The notes under the pieces were generated by a model, which saw only the letters and a list, made by a program, of their open reading frames with translations, did no database searches and was not told the DNA's origin. From Alphaproteobacteria bacterium (GTDB lineage Bacteria > Pseudomonadota > Alphaproteobacteria > SHVW01), in contig VGDO01000001.1 in NCBI GenBank assembly GCA_016869645.1, positions 73,957 to 137,956 on the forward strand: a stretch of DNA of 64,000 nt, given 5' to 3'. The translations under genes were made by a program, and so were the position numbers. This document shows positions 36,485 to 44,773 of the stretch, piece after piece. Position 1 is the stretch's first letter, and every line of letters starts with the position of its first letter.

Positions 36485-36901
36485 ATGACCGAGCCCGCAC
36501 CCAAAAAGAAAAGAATCCGCACCCCGCTGGTGCGCGAGCCCGAGCCCGGCCTGTGGTCGAACTGCATCGTTGTCGGCGACCAGTTCTTCATCGCGGGCAT
36601 GGTGGCGCGCGATCCCCAGGGCAAGCTGGTCGGGTCGGGCGATCCCTATGCGCAATCCATGCAGGCGCTGCGCAACTTCAAGGCCTATGTCGAAGCATGC
36701 GGCGCCACCATGGACGACGTGGTGCGCATCACGATCAACCTCACGGATATTCGCTTCCGGCCGGCGCTCATCGAGGCGCGCCGCCAATTCTTCCGCGACG
36801 ACTTCCCGACCGCCGTGCTGGTCGGCGACGTGACGCTGGCATCGCCCGAGCTGCTGGTCGAGATCGACGGCCACGGCATCATCGGCTGCGGCAAGGCGTG
36901 A
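36485..36901 (+). CDS. RidA/YjgF/UK114 family (reactive enamine/imine deaminase-like) protein
   Basis: 138 aa with AGGAGG SD. FFIAGMVARDPQGKLVG ... and the C-terminal VEIDGHGII pattern are typical of the family. Confidence 0.85.
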   Translation: MTEPAPKKKRIRTPLVREPEPGLWSNCIVVGDQFFIAGMVARDPQGKLVGSGDPYAQSMQALRNFKAYVEACGATMDDVVRITINLTDIRFRPALIEARRQFFRDDFPTAVLVGDVTLASPELLVEIDGHGIIGCGKA

Positions 36902-36921
36902 CATCGGAGCGGGCTCACGCC

Positions 36922-37743
36922 ATGCAGCAGGCCGAAATCGATCGCGCTGCGTCGTTGCTCGCTGAGGCGCGCACCAAAAATCGTCAGCTCGCCAGCTTTC
37001 CGCCGGAGTGCATTCCGCCGGACGAGGCCACCGCCTATCTGATCCAGGACGCGTTGCTCGACAAGCTCGCTCAGAGCGGTCTTGGCCCCAGCGCCGGCTA
37101 CAAGGTCGGCCTGGTCAGCGCCGACATGCGCAGATCCATGGGCGGCATGGCCAAGCTCGGCGTCGACAGCCCCGTCTATGGCGGCATCGTCGAGACCTGC
37201 ATCCTGCCGACGCGATCGACCGTGGAGTTCGCGCGCTTCATCCGCCCCTATGTCGAGGGCGAATTCGCGGTCCGCATGGCGCGCACCGTGCCACTCGATG
37301 CCGCACCGCTGTCGCAGGCGAGCATCGCGGCCTTCGTCGGCGACTACTTCGCAGCCCTCGAGCTCGTCGATTGGCGACTCAAATATTTCGACTATCCGCC
37401 GCCACTCGCCACGCTGATGCTGGCCGACGGCTCGTCGAACTGGGGCGCCGTGGTCGGCGCACCGGTCAAGGACTGGCGCTCGCTCGACATCCCGAGCCTC
37501 ACGGGACGCATGCGCGTCAACGGGCAGGATGTCGGCGGCGGCAAGGCGGGCGACTTGCAAGGCCACCCATTCGAGGTGCTGGCCTGGCTCGCCAATCGCC
37601 TGATCGCGCTGAGGCGCACGCTGCGCGCCGGCGACATCGTGTTGCTCGGCGCCGTGACGCCGAGCTACGGGACCTTCGAGCGCGGCGCCGAAGTCATCAT
37701 GTCATGGGACGGGTTGGGCGAGGTTTCCGTCCGCTTCGATTGA
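36922..37743 (+). CDS. 2-keto-4-pentenoate hydratase/2-oxohepta-3-ene-1,7-dioate hydratase family (MhpD/HpcG-like)
   Basis: ATG at 36922. AYLIQDALLDKL...GYKVGLVS motif, about 273 aa. The upstream part of track ORF 36343..37743 overlaps the ridA-like gene out of frame. Confidence 0.75.
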   Translation: MQQAEIDRAASLLAEARTKNRQLASFPPECIPPDEATAYLIQDALLDKLAQSGLGPSAGYKVGLVSADMRRSMGGMAKLGVDSPVYGGIVETCILPTRSTVEFARFIRPYVEGEFAVRMARTVPLDAAPLSQASIAAFVGDYFAALELVDWRLKYFDYPPPLATLMLADGSSNWGAVVGAPVKDWRSLDIPSLTGRMRVNGQDVGGGKAGDLQGHPFEVLAWLANRLIALRRTLRAGDIVLLGAVTPSYGTFERGAEVIMSWDGLGEVSVRFD

Positions 37744-37746
37744 AAC

Positions 37747-38226
37747 TCAGCGCCGGGCGAGCCCGGCGGCGGAGCCGATGGGCGGATCGTGCGGATCGCC
37801 CTTCGTCCAGCCCTGCTCGTGCGGGCAGGCGAAGAAATTCGTGATGCGGATCTGCTTGAATTTCCAATTGCGGCCGATACGGCGGTACTCGTCCTCGTAG
37901 ATGCCCGAGGCCCAGTGCGCGCGTCCATCAGGTGCCGTGTAGGGGCGCAGGAAGTACCAGGTGCCCACCGCCGTGTCGCCGCTGACATCGATGATCGGAT
38001 TGGCGACGTAGTGCACCATGAACGGCCAGAACATGGCCGCGCCGATCGCATCGCGACCGCTCAGCCTCTGGACCGCGCCGATGAATTCGCCGTCCTCGGT
38101 AAACAACTCGGCAAAGCCGGCGCGATCGCCGCGATCGACCAGGAGGCTGCAGCGCGCCTTGAGCTGCTTGATCGCCTCGATGTCTTCGAGCCGCTGAATC
38201 CGCTCAGCCAGAGTGGTCGGTGCCAT
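37747..38226 (-). CDS. NTF2-fold protein (SnoaL_4-like)
   Basis: ATG at 38226. RIQRLEDIEAIKQLKARCSLLVDRGDRAGFAELFTEDGEF is a typical SnoaL_4 N-terminus. Confidence 0.7.
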   Translation of the reverse strand: MAPTTLAERIQRLEDIEAIKQLKARCSLLVDRGDRAGFAELFTEDGEFIGAVQRLSGRDAIGAAMFWPFMVHYVANPIIDVSGDTAVGTWYFLRPYTAPDGRAHWASGIYEDEYRRIGRNWKFKQIRITNFFACPHEQGWTKGDPHDPPIGSAAGLARR

Positions 38227-38282
38227 GCCTGCCTCCCTGCCATGAAACCGGTCCATTGACCGTCGCCCTCGCCTCTCGTACG

Positions 38283-38302
38283 ATATTCGACAATCGACAT
38301 TC
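38283..38302 (-). promoter_or_regulatory. Box 5: atattcgacaatcgacattc (TTCGACA-ATCGACA)
   Basis: Lies in the 143-nt divergent region between the two NTF2-fold genes. Matches the box consensus ATATTCGACAWTCKACA. Confidence 0.5.
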
Positions 38303-38369
38303 ATCCAAAGTAGCTATGGATGGGCGTTTTCATTCGTTGCAATTATGAGAATGGCGAGGAGAATAAAGA

Positions 38370-38777
38370 ATGAGCGTCGCGACCAAATCCTCCAGCACGC
38401 GCAAAGTCGACCAGGATCTGATCCTGGAGATCGCCGCCGCGTTCAACAGCCGCGACGCGGACCGGATCGTCTCCTACTTCGCCGACGACTGCACTTTCTA
38501 CATGGCGAGCGGCCCCGAGCCGGTCGGCCGCGCCGTGCGCGGCAAGACTGCCGTGCGCAAGGTGCTGGCCGAGCGCTTCAAGGTTATCACCGACATGCGC
38601 TGGGACCACCAGTACGAATATGTCTGCGGCAACCGCGCGGTCTCGGTGTGGACCGTCAAGGGCACGTCCAAGGACGGCACGGTGCTCAACTACCAGGGCT
38701 GCGATCTCTGGGAATTCGACGACAAGGGGCTGGTCCTCAACAAGGACACTTACTGGAAGATCGTGCGGCCCGACTGA
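38370..38777 (+). CDS. SnoaL-like (NTF2-fold) protein, paralog of 30817..31221
   Basis: GAGGAG SD. AFNSRDADRIVSYFADDCTF ... GNRAVSVWTV ... GCDLWEFDDKGLVLNKDTYWK. Confidence 0.75.
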   Translation: MSVATKSSSTRKVDQDLILEIAAAFNSRDADRIVSYFADDCTFYMASGPEPVGRAVRGKTAVRKVLAERFKVITDMRWDHQYEYVCGNRAVSVWTVKGTSKDGTVLNYQGCDLWEFDDKGLVLNKDTYWKIVRPD

Positions 38778-38863
38778 CAGGCGCGCCAATCCCATCTCGG
38801 ACGATTGCGCGACTGCTCTGTCGCGTGATCTGATCGCTGCATCGACATCCCGGATCTGGCGAC

Positions 38864-39730
38864 ATGGCCGCGCCCAAGACGCATGAGCTGATCGACTGGC
38901 ACTGCAATCTCTGGCTGCCCGAGCACTATCCCGCCGAGCACTGGCAGGAGATGGTCGCGCGCATGGGGCCGAAGATGCACGCGTCGCCCGCCGATTTCGA
39001 AGCGAAGGTGGCCAACACGGCGGAGAAGTTCGTGCTCGTCGCCATGAAATGGCCGCGGCTCGGCACCAACATCCCCAACGATTTCGTCGCCGCCTTCAAC
39101 GACAAGCACAAGGGGCGTTCGCGCGCATTCGCCTGCGTCGATCCGTTCGAGCCGAACGCGCCCGAGGAGCTGCGCAAGGCGGTCAGGAACCTCGGCATGA
39201 GCGGCCTCAAGATGTCGCCGGTCTATGCCGGCTATGACCCGTGGTGCAAGGAAGCCTGGCGCCTCTACGAAGTCGCCGACGATCTGCGGATACCAATCCT
39301 CTGGCACCAGTCGGCCGCCTATCCCGCGCAGTCCATGCACGAGTTCGGCAACCCGACGCTGATCGACAAGATCGCGCGCGCGTTCCCCAAGATGCGCATG
39401 ATCATCGCCCATGTCGGCCAGCCCTGGATCGGCGAGACCATCACGCTGTTGCGCAAGCACGAGCAGCTCTATTCCGACCTGTCGGCGCGCTATTACCGCA
39501 AATGGCAATGCTATAACGCGCTGATGCTGGCGCTCGACTACAAGGTGACCGATAAGCTCCTGTTCGGCTCGGACTTCCCGATCCAGACAACGCAGGAAGC
39601 GCTCGACAGCTTCCGCGACATCAACAACTGGGGACCGGGCGTCACCATGCCGCGCTTCCCCGACGAGATCATCGAGGACATCATCTACAATCGGCCCTGG
39701 AGTCTGATCTGGCCCGAGGACGGCAAGTAG
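38864..39730 (+). CDS. amidohydrolase_2 (ACMSD/TIM-barrel metal-dependent hydrolase/decarboxylase) family protein
   Basis: 288 aa with LIDWHCNLW near the N-terminus, MIIAHVGQPW, and LLFGSDFP near the C-terminus. Confidence 0.8.
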   Translation: MAAPKTHELIDWHCNLWLPEHYPAEHWQEMVARMGPKMHASPADFEAKVANTAEKFVLVAMKWPRLGTNIPNDFVAAFNDKHKGRSRAFACVDPFEPNAPEELRKAVRNLGMSGLKMSPVYAGYDPWCKEAWRLYEVADDLRIPILWHQSAAYPAQSMHEFGNPTLIDKIARAFPKMRMIIAHVGQPWIGETITLLRKHEQLYSDLSARYYRKWQCYNALMLALDYKVTDKLLFGSDFPIQTTQEALDSFRDINNWGPGVTMPRFPDEIIEDIIYNRPWSLIWPEDGK

Positions 39731-39731
39731 C

Positions 39732-40682
39732 TCACACCAGCGACTTCAGGCGCTCCATCGTCTCGATCAGCCTGCGCCGCGTGTTCGGCTCGAAGGCCGA
39801 GTGTCCCGACGCCTGAGTGATGTGGAACTCGGCCTCGGGCCAGGCCTGCGCCAGCTCGTCCGCAATCGACACGGGGCAGATCATGTCGTAGCGGCCGTGC
39901 ACGATGGTGCATGGTATCTTGCGGATGCGGTGCAGGTTGCGCAGGAGCTGGTTGGGCTCGAAGAAGCAGTCGTTGACGAAGTAGTGCGCCTCGACGCGCG
40001 ACATCGACAGCGTCTTGAGGCTGGCGTCCTTGGGCGCATCGGGCTCCGGCAGCAACGTCGCGCAGCTCGTCTCGTAGGTTTTCCACACGCTGGCCGCCGG
40101 CAGATGCACGGCGGGATCGGGATCGATCAGCCGGCGATGATAGGCCTTGAGCAGATCGCCGCGCTCCGCCTCGGGGATGAACGCGGCGAACGGCCGGTAG
40201 ACGTCGGGGAAGATCTTGGGCATGGAGTGGAACCACCAGTGCAGATCCTGCGGCCGGGCGAGCCAGATGCCGCGAATGACCAGCGCCAGGCAGCGCTCGG
40301 GATGCGCCTCGGCATAGGCGAGCGACAGGGTCGAGCCCCAGGATCCGCCGAACACGATCCAGCGTTCGATGCCGAGATGGCGGCGCAGCCTCTCGATGTC
40401 GGCAATCAGGTGCTGGGTCGTGTTGTCCGTGATGTCGGCGGTCGGCGTCGAGCGGCCGCAGCCGCGCTGGTCGAACAGCACGGCGCGATAGAAGCCCGGA
40501 TCGAAGAAGCGGCGCGGCTCGACCGAGCCGCCGCTCCCCGGCCCGCCGTGCAGGAACACCACGGGCTTGCCATCCGGCTTGCCGATCTCCTCGAAATAGA
40601 CCCGATGCCGCCCGTCGACCGCGAGATGCCCCGAATTGAACGGCTCGAGCGGCGGGAAAAGCGGGTACGGATCATCCGTCAT
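39732..40682 (-). CDS. pip: prolyl aminopeptidase (proline iminopeptidase, S33)
   Basis: ATG at 40682. VVFLHGGPGSG, nucleophile GGSWGSTLSLAYA, and C-terminal SGHSAFEP. Confidence 0.85.
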   Translation of the reverse strand: MTDDPYPLFPPLEPFNSGHLAVDGRHRVYFEEIGKPDGKPVVFLHGGPGSGGSVEPRRFFDPGFYRAVLFDQRGCGRSTPTADITDNTTQHLIADIERLRRHLGIERWIVFGGSWGSTLSLAYAEAHPERCLALVIRGIWLARPQDLHWWFHSMPKIFPDVYRPFAAFIPEAERGDLLKAYHRRLIDPDPAVHLPAASVWKTYETSCATLLPEPDAPKDASLKTLSMSRVEAHYFVNDCFFEPNQLLRNLHRIRKIPCTIVHGRYDMICPVSIADELAQAWPEAEFHITQASGHSAFEPNTRRRLIETMERLKSLV

Positions 40683-40706
40683 CGAAACTCCTCGTGTTGA
40701 GCCTGT

Positions 40707-40827
40707 CGAAGCATGAGGACCTATCCGCATGTAGAGAAGCCAGCCGGCTTCGACGGACGTGCGGCGGCGGCCTCATGCTTCGCACCAGGGCGAAACGGGC
40801 TTTCGCCCGAGCCTCAGTACGAGGCTC
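40707..40827. repeat. REP-like composite of nested and serial hairpins between two same-strand genes
   Basis: 12-bp arms CGAAGCATGAGG (40707-40718) and CCTCATGCTTCG (40771-40782). Inner hairpin GAAGCC-agcc-GGCTTC (40736-40751). GGGCGAAA-cgggc-TTTCGCCC (40788-40808). GAGCCTC-agtac-GAGGCTC (40809-40827). Confidence 0.6.
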
Positions 40828-40853
40828 TTCATTGGCGAACTCGATACTGTTGA

Positions 40854-41234
40854 CTAGGTCCCCGGCTTCTCGTCCAGCACCTTGCGCGCGATGCGGAAGC
40901 ATTCGACGCCCGTGGGAATGCCACAATAGACCGCGATCTGCGTCAGGATGGCGCGCAGCTCGTTCTGGGTGAGCCCGTTGCGCAGTGCGCCGCGGAAGTG
41001 CAGCTCCCACTCGTGCATGCGGTTGAGTGCCGCGATCATGCCGAGGTTCAAGAGGCTGCGCTGCTTCTTGTCGAGCGTCGGATCGCCCCAGCATTCGCCC
41101 CAGCAGAACTCGCTGACCAGCTCCTGGAATTTCCTGTTGAAGTCGTTGGCCGACTTGGTCGCGCGGTCGACATATTCGTCGCCCAGCACTTCGCGGCGAA
41201 CCGCGAGGCCTTTGTCGTGACGTGCCTTGTCCAT
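40854..41234 (-). CDS. carboxymuconolactone decarboxylase (CMD/AhpD-like) family protein
   Basis: 126 aa. GECWGDPTLDKKQRSLLNLGMIAALNRMHEWELHFRGALRNGLTQNELRAILTQIAVYCGIP is a typical PcaC-like sequence. Confidence 0.85.
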   Translation of the reverse strand: MDKARHDKGLAVRREVLGDEYVDRATKSANDFNRKFQELVSEFCWGECWGDPTLDKKQRSLLNLGMIAALNRMHEWELHFRGALRNGLTQNELRAILTQIAVYCGIPTGVECFRIARKVLDEKPGT

Positions 41235-41329
41235 GGCTCCCTCCTGGATATTTCAATGAAATGCGGACGAAGTTGTGTCGGGGCGATGATATCGTCGATC
41301 ATGCGCGCCGCGGCACGAGATATTTCGGT

Positions 41330-42805
41330 TCAGCGGGCAGACGAGCGCGCGAACTGCCCGATCGTCGGGATGTCCAGCACGTTCGGCCCGATGCCGTGAC
41401 CCGTCTCGAAGCGGCAGAAGATCTGCTGATGATAGGAGCGGATCGCGGGATCGTCGGGCACGGCGCGGAACAGATCGTGATGCCAGTGCTCGGCGACGCA
41501 CGGATTGCCGACCACGTCGATGTGCAGCTTTCCGTCGACGACACGCACGGGCACGCTGCCGAAACCCTCGTGCACGAAATCGCCGGCGAGGCGCTCGAGC
41601 GGCCAGGACGGTTTCGTGCCCTCCTGCCGGTCGAGCGGGCGCCAGAAATAGGGCTGGCCGTCGATCATGCGCGCGCCGCGCCTGGCCGAGCCAGATACCG
41701 CGCGGTAGCGCGCGTCCCAGTCCTTTTGCTCCACGCCGAGGCCGTGGGAAAGCAACAGATAGCGCAGCGCGTGAACCGAGGACGACTGGTGCTGATTGGT
41801 CAGGATGACGACCGCGATCTTGTCCTGCGGCACCGCACAGCCCATCACGAGAAAGCCCTCGAGCGCGCCAGTATGCTCGTTGATGCGTCGTCCGGCGAAG
41901 TCGTGGGCGTACCAGCCCATGCCGTAGGTGACGAAATTCGCCTCGTAGCGGCTGTACCAGCGCTGGGGATGGATGCCGTCGCGCCTGACCGGCACGCCCG
42001 GCTCGAGCAGCGCCTCGACCGTCTCGGGCTTGAGCAGACGCTTGCCGCCGGCCATGCCGCCACAGGCAAAAGCCGTGAACCACACCTCCATGTCGCGCTG
42101 GCTCGACACCATGGCACCGGCCGGCGCCAGCGCGTCGAAATTGCGGTGCGGGAACGCGCTCATCCTGCCGTCACCCAGATCCATGTGCGGGTCGCAGGCG
42201 ATCGAGCGGTCGCGCATACGGAAATAGGTGGCGTAGGTTTCCTTGAGGGCGAGCGCGCCGCACACGCGGTCCTCGACGAAATCCTCCCAGCTTCGGCCGG
42301 TCAGCTTGTCGACCAGCGTCGAGGCGACGACCGGCCCGTACTGCTGATAGGCACATTCCTGGCGGAAGCGCGCACGCAGCGGCAGAAAGCGGCACTGACG
42401 GACGATCTCGTCCCGGCTGAAGCGCGAGTTGTAGTTCGTGATGTTGTCCTCGCCGAAGCCGACGGCCTGGCCCAGCAGGTCGCGCACGGTGACGTGCGGC
42501 GTCAGCGTCGGGTCGGACAGACGGAACTCGGGCAGGAGATCGATGGCGCGCGTGTCCCAGCCGAAGCGTCCCACTTCGACCAGCAAGGCGACCGCCGCGG
42601 CATTGAATGTCTTGGACACCGAGCCGATGTCGAAGGTGGCGCTGTCGGTGACGGGCTTGGCCGACCTGACCGACATGACGCCGGGCGAAGCGCGGTAGAG
42701 CGGCTTGCCGTCGACCAGCACCGAGACGGCGGCACCCGGTACCTTGTAGGCATCGAGGATCTCTCGCACACGCGCGTCGAGTGCATCCGGCGACAGGCGG
42801 GCCAT
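41330..42805 (-). CDS. serine hydrolase, beta-lactamase/transpeptidase-like (class C / D-aminopeptidase-type)
   Basis: SxxK motif in FDIGSVSKTFNAAAV. 491 aa. Confidence 0.8.
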   Translation of the reverse strand: MARLSPDALDARVREILDAYKVPGAAVSVLVDGKPLYRASPGVMSVRSAKPVTDSATFDIGSVSKTFNAAAVALLVEVGRFGWDTRAIDLLPEFRLSDPTLTPHVTVRDLLGQAVGFGEDNITNYNSRFSRDEIVRQCRFLPLRARFRQECAYQQYGPVVASTLVDKLTGRSWEDFVEDRVCGALALKETYATYFRMRDRSIACDPHMDLGDGRMSAFPHRNFDALAPAGAMVSSQRDMEVWFTAFACGGMAGGKRLLKPETVEALLEPGVPVRRDGIHPQRWYSRYEANFVTYGMGWYAHDFAGRRINEHTGALEGFLVMGCAVPQDKIAVVILTNQHQSSSVHALRYLLLSHGLGVEQKDWDARYRAVSGSARRGARMIDGQPYFWRPLDRQEGTKPSWPLERLAGDFVHEGFGSVPVRVVDGKLHIDVVGNPCVAEHWHHDLFRAVPDDPAIRSYHQQIFCRFETGHGIGPNVLDIPTIGQFARSSAR

Positions 42806-42809
42806 CAGC

Positions 42810-43820
42810 TCATTCGCCCCAGACGGTTCTGTAGACGCGGACCCAGTTGAGCCCGAGAATCTTGCGCACGGCGTCGGCGCCGAAGCCGCGCTCCAGCATC
42901 CGCGCCGTCAGATTGTGCAAGGTGCGCGGCGTTTCGATGCCGGCCGGATAGTAATGCGGCGGCGGCGGATAGGTGTCCGGCCGCCATGAGCGCGCGGCCA
43001 ATGCGGATTTGTAGAATTTCATCGCGTCCTCGTCGGACACGACCGGCCATTGGGCGTAGTAGTAGTCGATGCCCAGCGCCACGTGATCGGCGCCGACCAG
43101 ATCGACCATGTAGGCGATGCTGTCGATGAACTGATCGAGCGTCGGCCGCGGCGAGTCGGCGACGAACGCAGGGAAACCGACCGCGCCGATCAGACCGCCC
43201 GACTGCGCAACCGCCTTGATCAGCTCGTCGGGCAGATTGCGCTGTGAGGGGCGGACCGCGCGCGGGTTGCCGTGGGAAACGACGACCGGCGCGCTCGAGG
43301 CCTCGACCGCATCGAGGCTGGTACGCACGCCGGTATGGGAGCAGTCGACGATGACCTGAGCCGCGTTGAGCTCGCGGACCATCTCGACGCCGAAATTGCT
43401 GAGTCCCGCGTCGCACCGCTCCTCGGCGCCATCGCCCACGCGATTGCGCACGTTGTAGCAGAGCTGCATGATGCCGACGCCCAAGGATTTGTACGTCCAC
43501 ACCAGGTCGAGATGGTCCTCGATCGGGTCGGTGCCCTGGAAGTGGAAGATGATGCCGAGCTTGCCCTCGCGCTTGGCCGCCTCGACATCGGCGGCAGCGC
43601 GGATGTGCTTGAGGTCGGTTCGCATACGCAGGAATTTCTGCCAGTCGCCGATCGTTCGGAACGCCTCCGCCGCGCTGTTGCGGCTGGCAAGCGTCGGACC
43701 CACCGCGGTGCATCCGCCCTCTGCGTACCAGTCCAGGTGCTTCCGGTCGCGCAGCAGCGGGCACACGGCGTCTATGACGATGCTGTCGCGGTGAAGTTGC
43801 TCCGCCTTTGTTTCCGCCAT
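42810..43820 (-). CDS. membrane (renal-type) dipeptidase, peptidase M19
   Basis: SIVIDAVCP..., GIIFHFQGTDPIED, VIVDCSHTG and VVVSHGNPRAV motifs. 336 aa. Confidence 0.85.
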   Translation of the reverse strand: MAETKAEQLHRDSIVIDAVCPLLRDRKHLDWYAEGGCTAVGPTLASRNSAAEAFRTIGDWQKFLRMRTDLKHIRAAADVEAAKREGKLGIIFHFQGTDPIEDHLDLVWTYKSLGVGIMQLCYNVRNRVGDGAEERCDAGLSNFGVEMVRELNAAQVIVDCSHTGVRTSLDAVEASSAPVVVSHGNPRAVRPSQRNLPDELIKAVAQSGGLIGAVGFPAFVADSPRPTLDQFIDSIAYMVDLVGADHVALGIDYYYAQWPVVSDEDAMKFYKSALAARSWRPDTYPPPPHYYPAGIETPRTLHNLTARMLERGFGADAVRKILGLNWVRVYRTVWGE

Positions 43821-43841
43821 AGCCAGGCCCGCCCCGTCTCC

Positions 43842-43860
43842 ACTTCGACAATTCGACGTT
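43842..43860 (-). promoter_or_regulatory. Box 6: acttcgacaattcgacgtt (TTCGACA-a-TTCGAC, one extra spacer nt)
   Basis: Sits in the 97-nt gap between the nitrilase-family stop (43918) and the M19 start (43820), 22 nt upstream of the ATG. Confidence 0.4.
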
Positions 43861-43917
43861 AGCCCTCACGCCGGGGATGAGCAACACGCGATCATTTCAT
43901 TGCCGCATGCAGCGACA

Positions 43918-44772
43918 TTACCGGATCGCCCCGGCGCCTCCGGCGGACAGTTCCGCCAGCTCGGCGAAAAGCCGGGGCTTCAAGTCGCGGAACATCAGCC
44001 GCTGCCGTCGCAAGAGCATTGCTTCCGCCAGATCGATCTCGCCCACGACGAAATCCTCGGCGTCGAATTTCGCTTCGATCACGATCCGGCCGCGCGGGTC
44101 GACGATCTTGCTGCCGCCGAAGAACGAGAAGTCCTTCTGTTGTCCCACGGTGTTGCAATAGACGGTCCACATGCCGTTCTCTTTGGCGCGCTGGCGTAGC
44201 GTGATCGACCAGCTCTCGCGCGCCGCGCTCGGCCCGGCCGAGATGACCAGATTGAGGATGGCACCCTTGAGCGCATAGATCCGGGTCAGCTCGGGGAAGC
44301 TCGCGTCATAGCAGACCTGCAGCGAGGCCCTGCCGAGCGGTGTGTCGAACACTGGGGTGCCGTCGCCTGGCGCGAAATAGACGCCTTCGAGGAATGGATG
44401 AAATGTCCCCAGGAAGATCTTGTCGTAGCAACCGATCAAGCCGGATGGGCCGACGAAACAGGCCGAGTTGTAGACGCCATGGGGAAAGCCTTCGTCGCGC
44501 CGCGCCATGCCCATGACGATGTGGATGTCGTGCGCGCGCGCCGCTTCGATCAACCGGTCGGTCGACGGACCGGGGACCGGCTCGGCAGTCTGCGCCAAGC
44601 GCTCGTCGCCGCGGTAACCCTGCAGATGCATCTCCGGAAACAGCACGATGTCCGCGCGTGCACGCGAGGCACGCTCGATGTGCTCGAGCGCGCGCGCCAG
44701 GTTGACGTCGGGGCGCTCGATGTCCTGCTCGAGCTGCGCCAACGCGACGGTGATTCTGGATTGCGCCGTCAT
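43918..44772 (-). CDS. carbon-nitrogen hydrolase (nitrilase/amidase superfamily)
   Basis: Catalytic triad context: LFPEMHLQGY (Glu), YDKIFL (Lys), VCYDASFPE (Cys). 284 aa. Confidence 0.85.
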   Translation of the reverse strand: MTAQSRITVALAQLEQDIERPDVNLARALEHIERASRARADIVLFPEMHLQGYRGDERLAQTAEPVPGPSTDRLIEAARAHDIHIVMGMARRDEGFPHGVYNSACFVGPSGLIGCYDKIFLGTFHPFLEGVYFAPGDGTPVFDTPLGRASLQVCYDASFPELTRIYALKGAILNLVISAGPSAARESWSITLRQRAKENGMWTVYCNTVGQQKDFSFFGGSKIVDPRGRIVIEAKFDAEDFVVGEIDLAEAMLLRRQRLMFRDLKPRLFAELAELSAGGAGAIR

Positions 44773-44773
44773 G

